Positions 27,449-42,379 of a stretch of DNA of 64,000 nt are shown here, one piece after another (the stretch's first letter is position 1; each line of letters begins with the position of its first letter). The stretch covers positions 12,276,001 to 12,340,000 of the forward strand of contig OX597839.1 in NCBI GenBank assembly GCA_951406725.2. The letters run 5' to 3'. The DNA is from Octopus vulgaris (Eukaryota). The notes beneath the pieces were generated by a model. It searched no databases. It was not told where the DNA came from and worked only from the letters and a program-made list of their open reading frames with translations. The position numbers were made by a program, and so were the translations under genes.

Positions 27449-28233
27449 TGTGTGTGTGTATGTATAAATGTATATGTATATATACATATAAACCAAACTA
27501 AAATTATATTAGTAAATTAAATTGATTAGAACTTTATATATATATATATGTAAGTATGCATGTATGTATGCATATATATATATATATAAAATGGAGACGA
27601 ACACCATTCCCCTTCGGCGAGAAAAATTGTTAAGATATTTTTCTTAAGATTAAACTCAATCCACCAATGTGGTATTGAGCACTCATTCTCACTGTTTGAC
27701 ATTTACGTATGCATGTTTGTGTGCATGCATGTATACAGGTATTTATGTATGCATGTGTCTATATGCATATATACATCGACACGCACGTACTATTGCATTT
27801 TGTTTCCTTTCAGTTGTGTACCTAAACTTAACTGAAAACAACTGACAGCGCGATAAGGGAAGCCCAAACTATGAAACAACTTACGACGTTATCTTGTAGT
27901 TGTTTGTCGAGATATTTTGGAGTTTTGTCCGCCATTTAATAATTATGGTTTTATGTGCTAATTAGAGAGTCTTCGGCAATAGATTGTAATTAAAGTTTCT
28001 GTTGAAAAGAATAGGCGTCTATCTGATTAAAGATAATTAATCAACCACACTTGACATTAATTTCGCTGATAGACGTCAAAATAACACATATATAGCGACT
28101 GGAAATTATACACAATGTCACATACATCCGTGCTGTCACGCTCATTCAGTCACACATTTGTACTCGCTTATACATACGTACATACATATATAAAAGTACT
28201 GTCGCTTAGATATGTATAGATACATATATAGAC

Positions 28234-28280
<47 letters not shown>

Positions 28281-28945
28281 TGATAATAAAGACATACATA
28301 TATGTATATATATATATACAACATGTCACATACATTGATTGACGCATGCAGATACACATACACACTGTAATTCATATTGATATATTGTGACTGTCACTCA
28401 TTCACTGTGAAATATACATTCATGTGTGTAGACTTGCATACGAACGTACATATATGATGGTACATAAATCATACAAATATACATACATTCATATGTATAT
28501 ACACACCTACGTACGTGCATACATTCGTACGTACAAATATACACAAACACACACATACGTTCAAATATATACGTGCATGCAGGCATACACATATAATACA
28601 TTCGTACAGACATACATATATACTTACAAGCATACACACAAACACACATGTATACATACATACGCACATACTTGCGTTCGTACATACAAACAAACATGCA
28701 TTGAAAAATACACACGAACGTAAATACAAGCATACACACATACATGCAAAAATATACACACATATATACATGCATGCAAACATGCATTACATATATGCAT
28801 ACAAGCATAGGCAGAAGCATACACTTGGTTGTATGTATTGACAGCTCAACCAACACAACATATTTACATCGGGAACTCTCTTAACTCAAAAAGTCTTGAC
28901 GCTTAAATAACTTAAATAAAACATACACACACACATATATATATA

Positions 28946-29316
28946 CTAGCAGTATCGCCCGGCGTTGCTCGGGTTTGTAAGGGAAATAACTATAAAGCAT
29001 TTTTAGAGAGTTATAGCCAAAAAATGGGAAAAAAATGATGGTAAATTTTTTTTTAGTTAAAAAGGTCGAGTTGCGTCCCCTAGACAGTCTGTGGTTTGTG
29101 TTTCTGATTTTCGACCCCATGTCGAATTTATCGATTTTTTTCAGAACTGGGGGAACTTTTCAAAATTTTCGCTGCGTTAGTTTTGAATTATGACATTGGG
29201 CTATGTGTGTGTCAAGTTTCATCAGAATCGGTTGAAAGCCGTGGTCAGGGTGAGGGTACGAGAAAACAGACACACAGAAACACACACAGACAAACTGCCG
29301 TTTATATATAGAGAGA
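28946..29316 (-). mobile_element. Non-autonomous Helitron, family H1, complete
   Basis: Minus strand 5' TC, hairpin CCCGAGCAACGCCGGG, 3' CTAG; A|T insertion inside (TA)n with no TSD. Second copy at 1-273. Confidence 0.87.
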
Positions 29317-29616
29317 TATACAAACATACATACATACAGACGTGCAAATAAATATACATTACAAACTTCCAAACTGTCATATAATCACATAGATGCAAGC
29401 AGGTTCACGTACGTATGAACGCACTTCAAATACGCTGACACAAATGCACACGCACACACACATAATGTGAGGTACAGACATGCACATACACAAGCAAGAG
29501 CGGAAAAGGCAAACAAATGAAATCATACGATGCAAGTGTGGTTCTGTGTCTTTAGCAGAATCCATTCTGTTGCAAGCTTTTGGCTAGTAATGGAGGGTCT
29601 GTAAAGAGCTCAAAAG

Positions 29617-30032
29617 TACTCTCTTTACTCTTTTACTTGTTTCAGTCATTTGACTGCGGCCATGCTGGAGCACCGCCTTTAGTCGAGCAAATCGACCCCG
29701 GGACTTATTCTTTGTAAGCCTAGTACTTATTCTATCGGTCTCTTTTGCCGAACCGCAAAGTGACGGGGACGTAAACACACCAGCATCGGTTGTCAAGCGA
29801 TGCTAGGGGGACAAACACAGACACACAAACATACACACACACATAAATATATATATATATACATATATACGACAGGCGTCTTTCAGTTTCCGTCTACCAA
29901 ATCCACTCACAAGGCTTTGGTCGGCCCGGGGCTATAGCAGAAGACACTTGCCCAAGATGCCACGCAGTGGGACTGAACCTGGTACTATGTAGTTGGTAAG
30001 CAAGCTACTTACCACACAGCCACTCCTGCGCC
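29617..30032 (-). mobile_element. SINE family A, full length
   Basis: Near-identical to 14031-14412. Confidence 0.93.
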
Positions 30033-30138
30033 TATGTTCTCTTCCACTTGACTAAACCATAACAAAATTAAATACACTGTGCAATTGTCAGGACGTGAAC
30101 TCAGAGAGTACAAATCAAGGCCTTATGCTTAGTATAGA

Positions 30139-30198
<60 letters not shown>

Positions 30199-30222
30199 TA
30201 TTATTATTATTATTATTATTAT

Positions 30223-30255
<33 letters not shown>

Positions 30256-30689
30256 CATTCGCTTCTGGGTAGTTTCCAAAATGGCCGAACAAAACAAACA
30301 AGGGAAATAATAAGATGACCATAAAGGCAAAAATAAAATGTAGGAAGAAAAAGAAATAAACGACTTCCGGAATTCGTTAATAGAAAGGTATTTATTTCCC
30401 CAGAGAGTATCCCAAATGTTAAACGGAAACCGAGAGACGACCGATTCGATTATGAATCGACATTATAAAAATCATTTTATTGACTCGATCTGTTGTAGGT
30501 TAATTGTTTTATTTTTTTTTTTAGTTCCTTCTTAATTCATCCTTAATCGGTCGCCAACATACAAACTCTTCAGTTTTCTATCTCAGACTTTCAGAACATT
30601 TGCTTTGTAATATCGATTTATAAACATCGGTCCGTCCATTCCTTCATCCGTTCGAACAACTTACCTGGACCAATGTAACTCTTCCACAC

Positions 30690-30848
30690 TTTGAATTATA
30701 GGTACGACTTATTTTTGCCAACAGAGTAGACTGCAGAAACATGAAATGAAGTGTCTTGCTCAAGAGAAACAACGCACCGTCTGGAATCGAAATCACGACC
30801 ATACGATTGTGAGCCGAATACACTTAAAGACTAAGCCACATGTCTTCA
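30690..30848 (-). mobile_element. SINE family D, diverged head and CORE-like part
   Basis: Plus strand GAAATGAAGTGTCTTGCTCAAG...GGAATCGAA...ACTAAGCCAC aligns with 12450-12565. Confidence 0.65.
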
Positions 30849-30888
30849 CATGTAACGCTACTATGTACATTTAACACAAAGCCAATAC

Positions 30889-31122
30889 CTATTTCTTTAC
30901 TACCCAAAAGGGGCTAAACACAGAGAAGACAAACAAGGACAGACAAAGGGATTAAGTCGATTACATCGACCCCCAGTGCGTAACTGGTACTTAATTTACC
31001 GACCCCCGGAAGGATGGAAGGCAAAGTCGACCTCGGAGGAATTTGAACTCAGAACGTAACGGCTGACGAAATACGGCTACGCATTTCGCCCGGCGTGCTA
31101 ACGCTTCTGCCAGCTCTCCGCC
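30889..31122 (-). mobile_element. SINE family B, tail ending GGGTAGTAAAGAAATAG
   Basis: Reverse complement of 58909-59138. Confidence 0.9.
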
Positions 31123-31358
31123 AAAACCGACTGAACAGATCTAGTGAAGTCTATTAGATACATGCAGTGGATAGACATGAAATTTTAATCAGATGGATTA
31201 CTTAAATATTGCGAGAGGAAGAAGGGGAATGAATATGAGCAGATAGGAATATCAGTTTATAAGCAGAGCAGTGAAGATGTTGGTTTTCAAGTAGTGCTTC
31301 AGGGATGTTCCCTTTCTCATTGATTTTCAATAAAATTATAGCAATCCAGCGGACACCT

Positions 31359-31399
<41 letters not shown>

Positions 31400-31501
31400 T
31401 GTGCGTGCGCGCTCGTATGCCTGTGTATGTGCGTATGTGTGTGTATATGTGTATGTCTGTATGTAAGCATGCGTGTAAGTATCTATGTATAACAAATATT
31501 G

Positions 31502-31532
<31 letters not shown>

Positions 31533-31584
31533 TGTATACATACATACAGACTCACACACACACACAGAAATTACATTTAAGCTA

Positions 31585-31615
<31 letters not shown>

Positions 31616-31745
31616 TACAATGGTTTAAATAATGCTTACGTTCATGCATACATGTGCCACACGCATGCATGCACACACACACATACATATATTACAAATT
31701 CCTACTCGTATTTACACCTATCGCGAATACATGAATATATGTGTG

Positions 31746-31793
<48 letters not shown>

Positions 31794-32129
31794 CATACAC
31801 ACGTACATATATATGCGTGTGTGTGAACGTATATATGTGTATTCATACAGACATACATATTATATATTTATATATAACACGTGCACACCCACGTGCTCGC
31901 GCGCCGAAGCTACAGAGGGTAGAACCGTTCGATAGAAAGGTTAACTAACAGCTTGAAGTTATCATTAATAATCAACAAGGAATATTTCATTAGATGCAAC
32001 CTTTATTAAAAGACAGAAGCAGCGGCATTGCTTTGATAACTTAATGGAGCCAAGTTGAAGAATCTCGCTACTTGCCACCGGCCCTGTTTTATCCCTGACA
32101 CCGCTCCCCATTCTCTCTGTATGAATACA

Positions 32130-32772
<643 letters not shown>

Positions 32773-33205
32773 CTCTGTCTCTAGACATACAAATACATAC
32801 TGTACCTGACCAAATATCCGGCAAGCCTGGGACCGGAAGTAGCTCGGATTTCTGGATTTTCCGGTTTTCTGGACACAGCCTAAATATATACTTATGATAT
32901 AAAATAAACTATGCGAGTATAGAGCTAAATAGTATTTAACACATTCGTCATTATTTCACTTTTAAAGCAGTCTGTTTGGTATTTATGAATCCACTTAAGA
33001 GTCTTAAAATACACCATATTGTACCGTGAATATAGTATAATGTTTATAGCACGAACATTTAATGAAGAAAAGAACATGATTTTATTTTTCAGATACAGGT
33101 ACAAATTAATACACTTCTCAAGTAGAGTATGTTTAATCATTATCAATCCATTCACAAAAGTAAAGAATAAAACCATTTTAGCACACCATATACTAATTAA
33201 CCATC

Positions 33206-33615
33206 GGATCTTTTCGGTTTGAACGGCAGTTTTTAACATAATTTCAAGGTAACTAAAAAATTTTAAACTTCGTATACTGGTACAATGTGTTTATAAAACA
33301 TCTTTTTTTCCTGGATTTATTGAGAAAAGTCTATAGTTTGTAAGATATTTGTTGCTTTTTTTCTTCAATTTCTGCAATTTCAACCAATCAGTGACGTCTG
33401 TTGAGTTAAAAAGCATTCTGTGCCGTATGAATATGTCCCTCGTTTAAGAAACAGATTGGGTTTATTTACATTTGTGAAGAAAACAATATACCTTTCCCCC
33501 ACCCCTAACCCTAAAAGAGATTGAAATGCAACAGATCGATTCTAGGGTCATAATTATGGGTGACAATTTCATATGACACTGCTAGAAAAAACTGCCGTTC
33601 AAACCGAAAAGATCC
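33206..33615. mobile_element. MITE with 29-bp TIRs and 8-bp TSD (Merlin-like)
   Basis: Perfect TIR GGATCTTTTCGGTTTGAACGGCAGTTTTT at both ends; TSD TAACCATC at 33198-33205 and 33616-33623; no ORF. Confidence 0.9.
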
Positions 33616-33775
33616 TAACCATCTTCAAAAACAAGGTCTGTTCACTCAATACAAGGTACAATATATTGAATGGTATTGCACAGTATTCCTAAATTTCTGA
33701 AAGCTGGATTTGAGGGTATATGTATCGGATAGTATAAATCTCTGTCTTTCTCACACACACATACTTATAGGCAAA

Positions 33776-33949
33776 GGCGCAGGAGTGGCTGTGTCGTAAG
33801 TAGCTTGCTAACCAACCACATGGTTCCGGGTTCAGTCCCACTGCGTGGCATCTTGGGCAAGTGTCTTCTGCTATAGCCCCCGGGCCGACCAATGCCTTGT
33901 GAGTGGATTTGGTAGACGGAAACTGAAAGAAGCCTGTCGTATATATGTG

Positions 33950-33983
<34 letters not shown>

Positions 33984-34202
33984 GGGGGGGGGTTGTGTGT
34001 CTGTCCCCCTAGCATTGCTTGACAACCGATGCTGGTGTGTTTACGTCCCCGTCACTTAGCGGTTCGGCAAAAGAGACCGATAGAATAAGTACTGGGCTTA
34101 CAAAGAATAAGTCCCGGGGTCGATTTGCTCGACTAAAGGCGGCGCTCCAGCATGGCTGCAGTCAAATGACTGAAACAAGTAAAAGAGTAAAGAGTAAAGA
34201 GT
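33776..34202 (+). mobile_element. SINE family A, full length
   Basis: GGCGCAGGAGTGGCTGTG head through the GTAAAAGAGTAAAGAG tail. Confidence 0.93.
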
Positions 34203-34204
34203 AT

Positions 34205-34460
34205 TGGTTTCAAATATTGGCACAAGGCCAGCAATTTTGGGGAATGAGGTGAATCGATGACAACGACGCCAGTGCTCTTCTGGTACTTGTTTCATCGACC
34301 CCGAAAGAATGAAGCCAAAGTCGACCTTGTTGGAATTTGAACTCAGAACGTAAGGATATGAAATGTCGTTAAGTATTTTGCCTGGTGTGCTAACGATTCT
34401 GCCAGCTCGCTGCCTGCCATATAGAATCATATTCTTTTCTACTCTAGGTACAAGGCCCGC

Positions 34461-34528
<68 letters not shown>

Positions 34529-34712
34529 CAACAATAATAATAATGGTTTCAAATTTTGCCACAAGGGCAGCAGTTTTGAGTGGGGTGAGTCGATAACATC
34601 GACTCCAGGCAAAGCTGACCTCGGCAGAATTTGAACTCAGAACGTAGCGATGGGCGAAATACCGCTAAGCATTTCGTCCGGCACGCTAACGATTCTGCTA
34701 GCTCGCCGCCTT
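34205..34712 (-). mobile_element. Two SINE family B copies (about 34205-34420 and 34545-34712) among (TAA)n arrays
   Basis: GAATTTGAACTCAGAACGTA and CTAACGATTCTGC(C/T)AGCTCGC segments; tails begin GGTTTCAAAT on plus. Confidence 0.85.
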
Positions 34713-34737
34713 AATAATAATAATAATAATAATAATA

Positions 34738-34828
<91 letters not shown>

Positions 34829-35442
34829 CAATAATAATAATAATGGTGGTGGTGACGATATGAATAATACAAAACAAAGAAAAATGCAAGAGGGGCGAAA
34901 ATCTGAGTAAAAAAACAACTCGAATTTTATAAACTCATACGATTTATTTATCAGATAAGGACATTGTAAACACATGGTTGTGATATCTTGTTTATGTAGG
35001 AGAAGGGGAATGGCGCGACATCAAACAGAAAATGGAGAGTAAGAGCTAATAGGGTCTGTTTGTGTTTTGTGTTAGTGTTGGTTTTCTTCTTCAGAAAATA
35101 CACGTTATGTATGTTAGAGGCGCTGTTTTGCTAGCTTGCTCAGCAAAACTTGTTATCACCGACCGACCGACCGACCGGCCGACCAACTAAGCATTTCTCT
35201 AGATTAGATCTCATCTCAAACGCTAGAATTCCCTCCTCTGCCATGTTGTCCTTTCTATAGCATAGATTTGACGACCGTCCATTCCTCTTCCTCCCAAATA
35301 TTAACCGGTGCAATGCCGCACCACCAACGCTGTGTAGACGAACTGATAGATTTAGGGGGAGAGAGAGAGAGAGAGAGAGAGTGACAATGAGAGAGAGACA
35401 GAGATAGCGATAGGGATATATATATATATATATATCCCCAGT

Positions 35443-35491
<49 letters not shown>

Positions 35492-35597
35492 GAAAGGGGG
35501 GAAAGAGGGAGAGAGAGGTATATAGATACATATATAACTAAACTGAGAAATAGTTAGATAGTTAGGTAAATATATAGACAGACAGGCAAATAGATAT

Positions 35598-35827
35598 TTT
35601 TTTTCTTTACTACCCACATGGGGCTAAACACAGAGGGGACAAACAAGGACAAACGTATTAAGTCGGTTACAGCGACCCCAGTGCGTAACTGGTACTTAAT
35701 TTATCGACCCCGAAAGGATGGAAGGCAAAGTCGACCTCGGCGGAAATTGAACTCGGAACGTAACGGCAGACGAAATACCCCTAAGTATTTCGCCCGGCGT
35801 GCTAACGATTCTGTCAGCTCGCCGCCT
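35598..35827 (-). mobile_element. SINE family B, GGGTAGTAAAGAAA tail
   Basis: Aligns with 30889-31122. Confidence 0.9.
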
Positions 35828-36056
35828 TAGATAGATAGATAGAGACCGATAGATACATAGAGGGATGGAGAAGGAGAAAAGGGTAGAAGGTTTTTTGTGG
35901 AATAGGTTTAAATATGTATTAACATTGTTAACGTTAATTAGTGCGAAGGCTTACAAACAGCCGACAACAAAAGATGTGACATGGCTGTTAATAAGTGATT
36001 GCGCGGAGAGCAAACGGCTGGTTTCGATGCTCGGTGCCCCTATGAATTTTTCCTAG

Positions 36057-36177
36057 ACATACCAAAGTTGCACACCGACATCTTGATAAATGTCTACCGC
36101 AACGGGCAGCAGAAGGGATCAGTTCCCACTCATGTGAGTGCTGGAGTGGTGGAGCCGTTGAAGAAAGCTACCGACAG
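36057..36177 (+). other. Candidate exon of an unidentified gene
   Basis: Non-repetitive GC-balanced island. Acceptor TTTTTCCTAG|, donor CAG|GTGAGA, alternative donor CAT|GTGAGT after 36133. Two frames are open. No recognisable protein and no partner exon found. Confidence 0.3.
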
Positions 36178-36727
36178 GTGAGACATTATTCATAATTCCC
36201 GCCTCATGACTAATGTTTAAAGCTGCAAATATTACAAAATATTACAAAACTCTTCTCTGTGGAACATTTGTGTGAATTGGCGTTGAAACGTAGTTGGTAC
36301 AGGAACAATTGTAACTGGTCATTAAAGATGGAAAAAAACTCTTTCCTTGTCATCTTATCTGGATTATATGCACACACAAACACATACACACACATACACA
36401 TCAATTGGTTGCTATCACATCGATCGTGGTCATTAGTTCAATTGCTTCCAGCATGTGATGAGCTTCTAGAATACTCTGAGGGAACGTTAATAGATTAATT
36501 AGTTAATTAATATATTGATAGTGTTCCGTTCTTCCTCCACAAAACTGGAACAATTTTGGAACGATAACATTTACTTCATAAATCCAATCCCAGAAAGAGC
36601 GTATGCTACTTAGGCATGCGGCAAAAATACTTTTAAAGTTAAAACAATGGACAATGGTAGCTCAATCCATGATACACATGTTTCAGTAACAAAGCATTTT
36701 TATTGATTACTCGTATATTACGTGTTA

Positions 36728-37033
36728 CGTGGTTAGGGCAGCGGACTCGCAGTCGTAGGATCGCGGTTTCGATTCCCAGACCGGGCGTTGTGAGTGTTTA
36801 TTGAGCGAAAACACCTGAAGCTCCACGAGGCTCCGGCAGAGGGTGGTGGCGATCCCTGCTGTACTCCTTCGCCACAACTTTCTCTCACTCTTTCTTCTGT
36901 TGGCCTGCTCGCTTAGCCAGCGGAGTGGCGTCATTTGAAGGCTAAAACAATGCGAAGCGCATTGTGACCAGCGATGTGTAGCAACATCTGATAGCCTGGT
37001 CGGTCACGGTGATCACGGTGATATATATATAAA
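36728..37033 (+). mobile_element. SINE family C, tail type 3, with 14-bp TSD
   Basis: Shared C head and body; tail ends (CACGGTGAT)2. TSD TATATTACGTG(T/A)TA at 36714-36727 and 37034-37047. Confidence 0.88.
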
Positions 37034-37297
37034 TATATTACGTGATATCTATAAGGAAAATAATTCATGATAAAATTATTTTATCATGAAATACAATTTG
37101 TAAAGGTTAGTACCGATTTCTGTGTTTTTGAGTTTTCCAACCAAGAGTAAAACAATTATATTGAAGAAAACATTAAATGATATGTTTAGTAAATATTCCC
37201 ATAGTCGTCAAATAGGTAGTTTATTTTCCTTTTTCTGTCTGTTTCTTTTCCTTTGTGAAGGCTCGTAAGGTAGGTAGAAGCAGATATGTATATATAT

Positions 37298-37455
37298 ATA
37301 CGACGAACCTCTTTCAGTTTCCGTCTAGCAAATCCACTCACAAGGCTTTGGTCGACCCGAGGGTTTAGTAGAGGACACTTTTGCTTAAAGGGACACACAG
37401 TAGGACTGAACCTGGAAACATGTGATTGAGAACCAATATTTATACCATACAGCAA
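37298..37455 (-). mobile_element. SINE family A, head half, diverged
   Basis: CTTTCAGTTTCCGTCTAGCAAATCCACTCACAAGGCTTTGGTCG segment. Confidence 0.8.
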
Positions 37456-37929
37456 CGAAAACGTGTATGCTCTCTCCCTCACTCTCACACACACACATCC
37501 ATGCATATATACAGAAGTTGAGAGACAGAGAAGGAGAGAGAGTAAGGCGGGGAGAAGAGAGACCGAGAAACTGCGAATGATGAAAAATTGGTTTTAAATT
37601 ACAAGGGCAAAAAGAATAAAAAGAACGTAGGCAAATTCAGAATAAACACCAGCAATAACAACCACAGCGACATGAACAATAACTCTTAAATATAAAAGAG
37701 ATATAAAACAATACAAGCACAATGCAAAGAATAACCAGTCAACAAGAATAATAATCATATAAATAATAACGTTGAAGAGAAATAACAATGATAATAGTAA
37801 TAACATAATCGTTTGTTGATATTTGGTGTTGGAACAAACAAACGATAGTTATGGACGATATAATTACGAGGCAAGACACTTTTCCTTGCAATACAGAAAT
37901 ACACACACACACACACAGAGAAGAGCATG

Positions 37930-37995
37930 CCTACGTATGAATATATGCAGGCATACACACATAGGAATGTATGTATATACATATTTGCATATATG

Positions 37996-38042
<47 letters not shown>

Positions 38043-38217
38043 CATACATACATACATATATACATATGTGTACAGAGATATAAATAAATATATGAGCGTG
38101 TGTGTATGTATATAAGGAAATACATACATATGCACATACACATGTAGATACAGATATTTACATAGATATTTATATATAAATATATATATGTATATATATA
38201 TATATGTAAATACATAA

Positions 38218-38299
<82 letters not shown>

Positions 38300-38395
38300 A
38301 ATATATATGTATATATATATAACTCTGTCTGTATATCTATATATATATAAAATAAATATATATGTGCAGGTATCTATAACTCTGCCTGTCGTCTG

Positions 38396-38440
<45 letters not shown>

Positions 38441-38563
38441 GTGCGCGCGCGCAAACACACACAAACACAGTCATATAAACAAGTACACACTTGCCAACGT
38501 GTTTATATGTCTTAATGATATAACAAAATGTATTTATTAAGCATGACAGTCTGTCTGTGTATG

Positions 38564-38626
<63 letters not shown>

Positions 38627-38854
38627 TTTCGCGTGCCTGTGTGTGTGCTTATGTGTATGATTACTTTTTCACTATATCAGCTTATGAATATCTCCAAAGG
38701 TGTGCATACATTCACACAACATGTGTGTGTGTGCGTGTGCATTACATACAATCATACACATTCTGAAATGTGATCGTGTTGTTAATCAGCCCTCGTTACT
38801 GAATATATATATATGTGTGTGTGTGTTTGTGTGTGTATATGTGTGTATACATAC

Positions 38855-38917
<63 letters not shown>

Positions 38918-38943
38918 CATATACACATATAAATATATGTATG

Positions 38944-38986
<43 letters not shown>

Positions 38987-39025
38987 ATGTATATATATAT
39001 ATATATATATATAAACACATATAAA

Positions 39026-39056
<31 letters not shown>

Positions 39057-39163
39057 CTAAATATATACATATATATATGTATATATATCCAAATATATAC
39101 ATATATATATATATCCAAATATATACATATATATATATATGAATACATATACATATATATATA

Positions 39164-39229
<66 letters not shown>

Positions 39230-39507
39230 AAATATCTATTTATCTATCTTTATATATATATGTATATATATATATATCTAAATATCTATCTATCTCTCTA
39301 TATATATATGTATATATATATATACATATATACACACATATATATGTATATATATGCATACAATAATTAATATACACTTTCATAACACATTCCACTATTC
39401 TCTATCAAATAATTTATCGCCAAATTACTGCATATTACAAGCATAATACATCATATAAAGAGCTTGTTTGATGTATGTGGTGTCTCTGTGTGTGGGCGGG
39501 TGAATGC

Positions 39508-39540
<33 letters not shown>

Positions 39541-40066
39541 TGTGAACGTGTGTATGTATATATGCATACGTGTGCGTCAGTATGTTTGTGTATGTGCATA
39601 TATGCGAGTGAATATGTGTGTGTATCTGTATGTTTCTCGATATCTATTTGCATTTTTGTTTTTCGACACAGAACTTTCTCTGTCTCGCTCTCTCATTCTT
39701 TCTTTTTCTGTCAGTCTCCCTTTCCTTTTGCCCTCTTTTTCTTCTCTCTTTCTCAACATGTCTCCCTGGATATAATTGATTGAATGTTAAACATTATTAT
39801 AATTATAAATATCTATTTATTGGTGATTGTGTTCATATAATTACTAGGCAAACATTGATACACACACACACACAAAGAAATATATATACATATATACACA
39901 TATATGTATATAATATATATATATATATATATGCATATATACGTTTATATATATATATATGCGTATATATATGTTTGTATATATTTGTGTATATATATAT
40001 ATATCGATATATATATGCATATATATATATGTATGCATATACATATGTATATACATACATATGTAT

Positions 40067-40117
<51 letters not shown>

Positions 40118-40143
40118 CATACATATATATATATATACATAGA

Positions 40144-40179
<36 letters not shown>

Positions 40180-40210
40180 TGTATGTATGTATGTATGTAT
40201 GTATATACGT
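37930..40210. repeat. Extended compound TA/CA/GTAT simple-repeat region
   Basis: Direct reading, with short unique spacers. Confidence 0.9.
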
Positions 40211-40646
40211 AAACACCTACACAACGATACACAGAAGCGCACACACATCTACATAAAACACAGCAAACAACCGTTGAAGGAAATGCACCTGTATTTTTCA
40301 GAGAGAGAATCTCCGTGTGAAATAATTGTTTCTTGGTTTCTATAGAATTCCACGAACACAGATGTAATAAATGGTATTAAGAGTGTCAAATATTTAACAG
40401 TGAATGATATCAAATTAAATAGTAATGCCGTATGGCAGCTGCTTAGGAGGCTACGAGTTATCTCTCTCACCGTGTAACTTTGCATTTTTACGTAATTGTG
40501 TGTGTGTGTGTACGCGTATGTATGTATATATGTATGTATGCATGTATGTATGTATGTATGCATGCACGTAACTATCCATATGTAGATATACAAGTATATA
40601 CAATATTATGTTATATAAAGATAAATATGTATATCAGTATCCATCC

Positions 40647-40697
<51 letters not shown>

Positions 40698-40726
40698 CAT
40701 CCATCCATCCATCCATCCATCCATCC

Positions 40727-40762
<36 letters not shown>

Positions 40763-40906
40763 GTCTGTCTGTCTGTGTGTGTGTGTGTGTCTGTGTGTGT
40801 GTGTGTGTGTTTGTGACTAGTAGACCTTGTATAACTCAAGAAATAATTACATAATTACAGATTTCTCATTATTATACGTATGTGTGCGTGTGTATGCATG
40901 TATATA

Positions 40907-41700
40907 CAGGGTAAGATGAATAAACAGTGGTCTAAATTAAGCAAAAATGAAAATAACATTGACGTCTCATTTTAACAGATATCTTTACCAAAATTGCATG
41001 AAAATATCTTGAAATACTAAAGAGTAAATCTATTCAATAAAATCACCATTGACTTCAACCACAGCCTCCAGACGACTTCGAAATTTCCTGTAACTCTTCT
41101 GGGTGGTCTTCTAGTTTAAGTTGGTGAATGCTGTCATAATCCTTGCCTTCCGTTCATTTTTGATGTTACAAGGAGTTTTCTTGGTCTCTCGCTCAACTGT
41201 ACCCCACGCATAATAACCAAAGGAATTTCAGTTTGGAGAGTTAGGCAGCCAGATGTTAAGAGTGGTGTGATCGCAGAAATTGTATGACAGCCATGACTGG
41301 GTTCTCCTGCTTGTGTGGCATGGTGCAGAGTCCTGTTGCCAGACATAGGGTCTTCCAGCAGCCACCTTTATTGGCCCAGGGCAGCATTACTTCCCCCAGG
41401 CTCTTGATGTAGGTCTCCGTGTTGAGTCTGAGGCCGTGTGGGTAGATGAATGGAGGCATAACGTTGCCATTACTAGTGATCACTCCAAACACCATAACGT
41501 TGGCTTGATGTTTGATTTTTATCACTCTCGGTACATGTCCTTAGATTGTACTGTCCTCAGATTGACACCCAAATACTCTGAAATGTTCGTATTGGAGCTT
41601 CCAGCGCGAATGCCAAGCAGTACAACATGTCGTTTCCAAATTTCTGGCAGAGTGAATTGCGTCATAGTGTTATTTTTCTCACAGACGGTGCGCAACTGAC
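40907..41700 (-). mobile_element. Internally deleted Tc1/mariner DD37D (maT) transposon; transposase pseudogene 41030-41665
   Basis: Minus frames: N-terminus MTQFTLPEIWKRHVVLLGIRAG, then VMVFGVITSNGNVMPPF and WQQDSAPCH...WLPNSPN*NSFGY, with 37 residues between the second D and the mutated third D position. Stops and a frameshift present. TA|CAGGGT terminus at 40907; the other end is lost. Confidence 0.85.
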
Positions 41701-41885
41701 GGGTTTCAAGCCAGCGAATTAACCCCAGGAATTTTCTTGTTTGTCCGCCACCCGTTCTATGGGCCCTCTTTTGTCGAACATCTAAGTTACGGAAACAAAC
41801 CAATACCGGATGGGGAATAGGCACAAGCACGCAAGCAACATACACACACACCAGGTTGGGAAGCAAACTTCTTAGTACAAAGTCA
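41700..41885 (-). mobile_element. Old SINE family A-like fragments
   Basis: CTCTTTTGTCGAACATCTAAGTTACGG and GGTTGGGAAGCAAACTTCTTA resemble the family A reverse complement. Confidence 0.55.
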
Positions 41886-42379
41886 TACCAGAGCCTATGT
41901 ATCTACATTTCTATGTATGTAGGTAGGTGTGTAGGAATGTAGGCATATATGTATATCTGTTGTTATGTAATGAATGTAAAGTATGTATGCATATAGGTAT
42001 GTTTCTCTCTATGTATCCACCTATGTACCTCCACACACACACACATATGATGCGCACGCGTGTGCGAATATTTATGCGTTTATTTATATATATTATCATT
42101 ATTCATACGACACACGGATACAGTGTGGATCACAGTCGTGCTCTGGCATACAAATACAAAATATGACACACTGATAGTGGAACACAAATTTGCAGTGTGC
42201 CTGTGTCACACGACACGGCACTAGGTATAAAGATATGTAAGCCCAAAGCATGATTTTTAAAATCTTTCCTAGGCAAGATTCTCCATATTTGAGTAATACA
42301 CAGAGAAGTAAATGTTATTAATCTAAGGATGCGTTAGGGGTCGAATGTTTCACAGATGATTTGTACCAGTCAAATACTA

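Noticed and set aside
32797-32880. Left end of a pogo/Tigger-like MITE
   Set aside because: No matching right TIR found.
35180-35250. Minus-strand start AACATGGCAGAGGAG (MAEEGILAFEMRSNLEKCL)
   Set aside because: Runs into a (GGTC)n repeat with no convincing donor site or recognisable homology.
36455-36480. Box C/D snoRNA (GTGATGA...CTGA)
   Set aside because: Only 14 nt between the boxes and no terminal stem.
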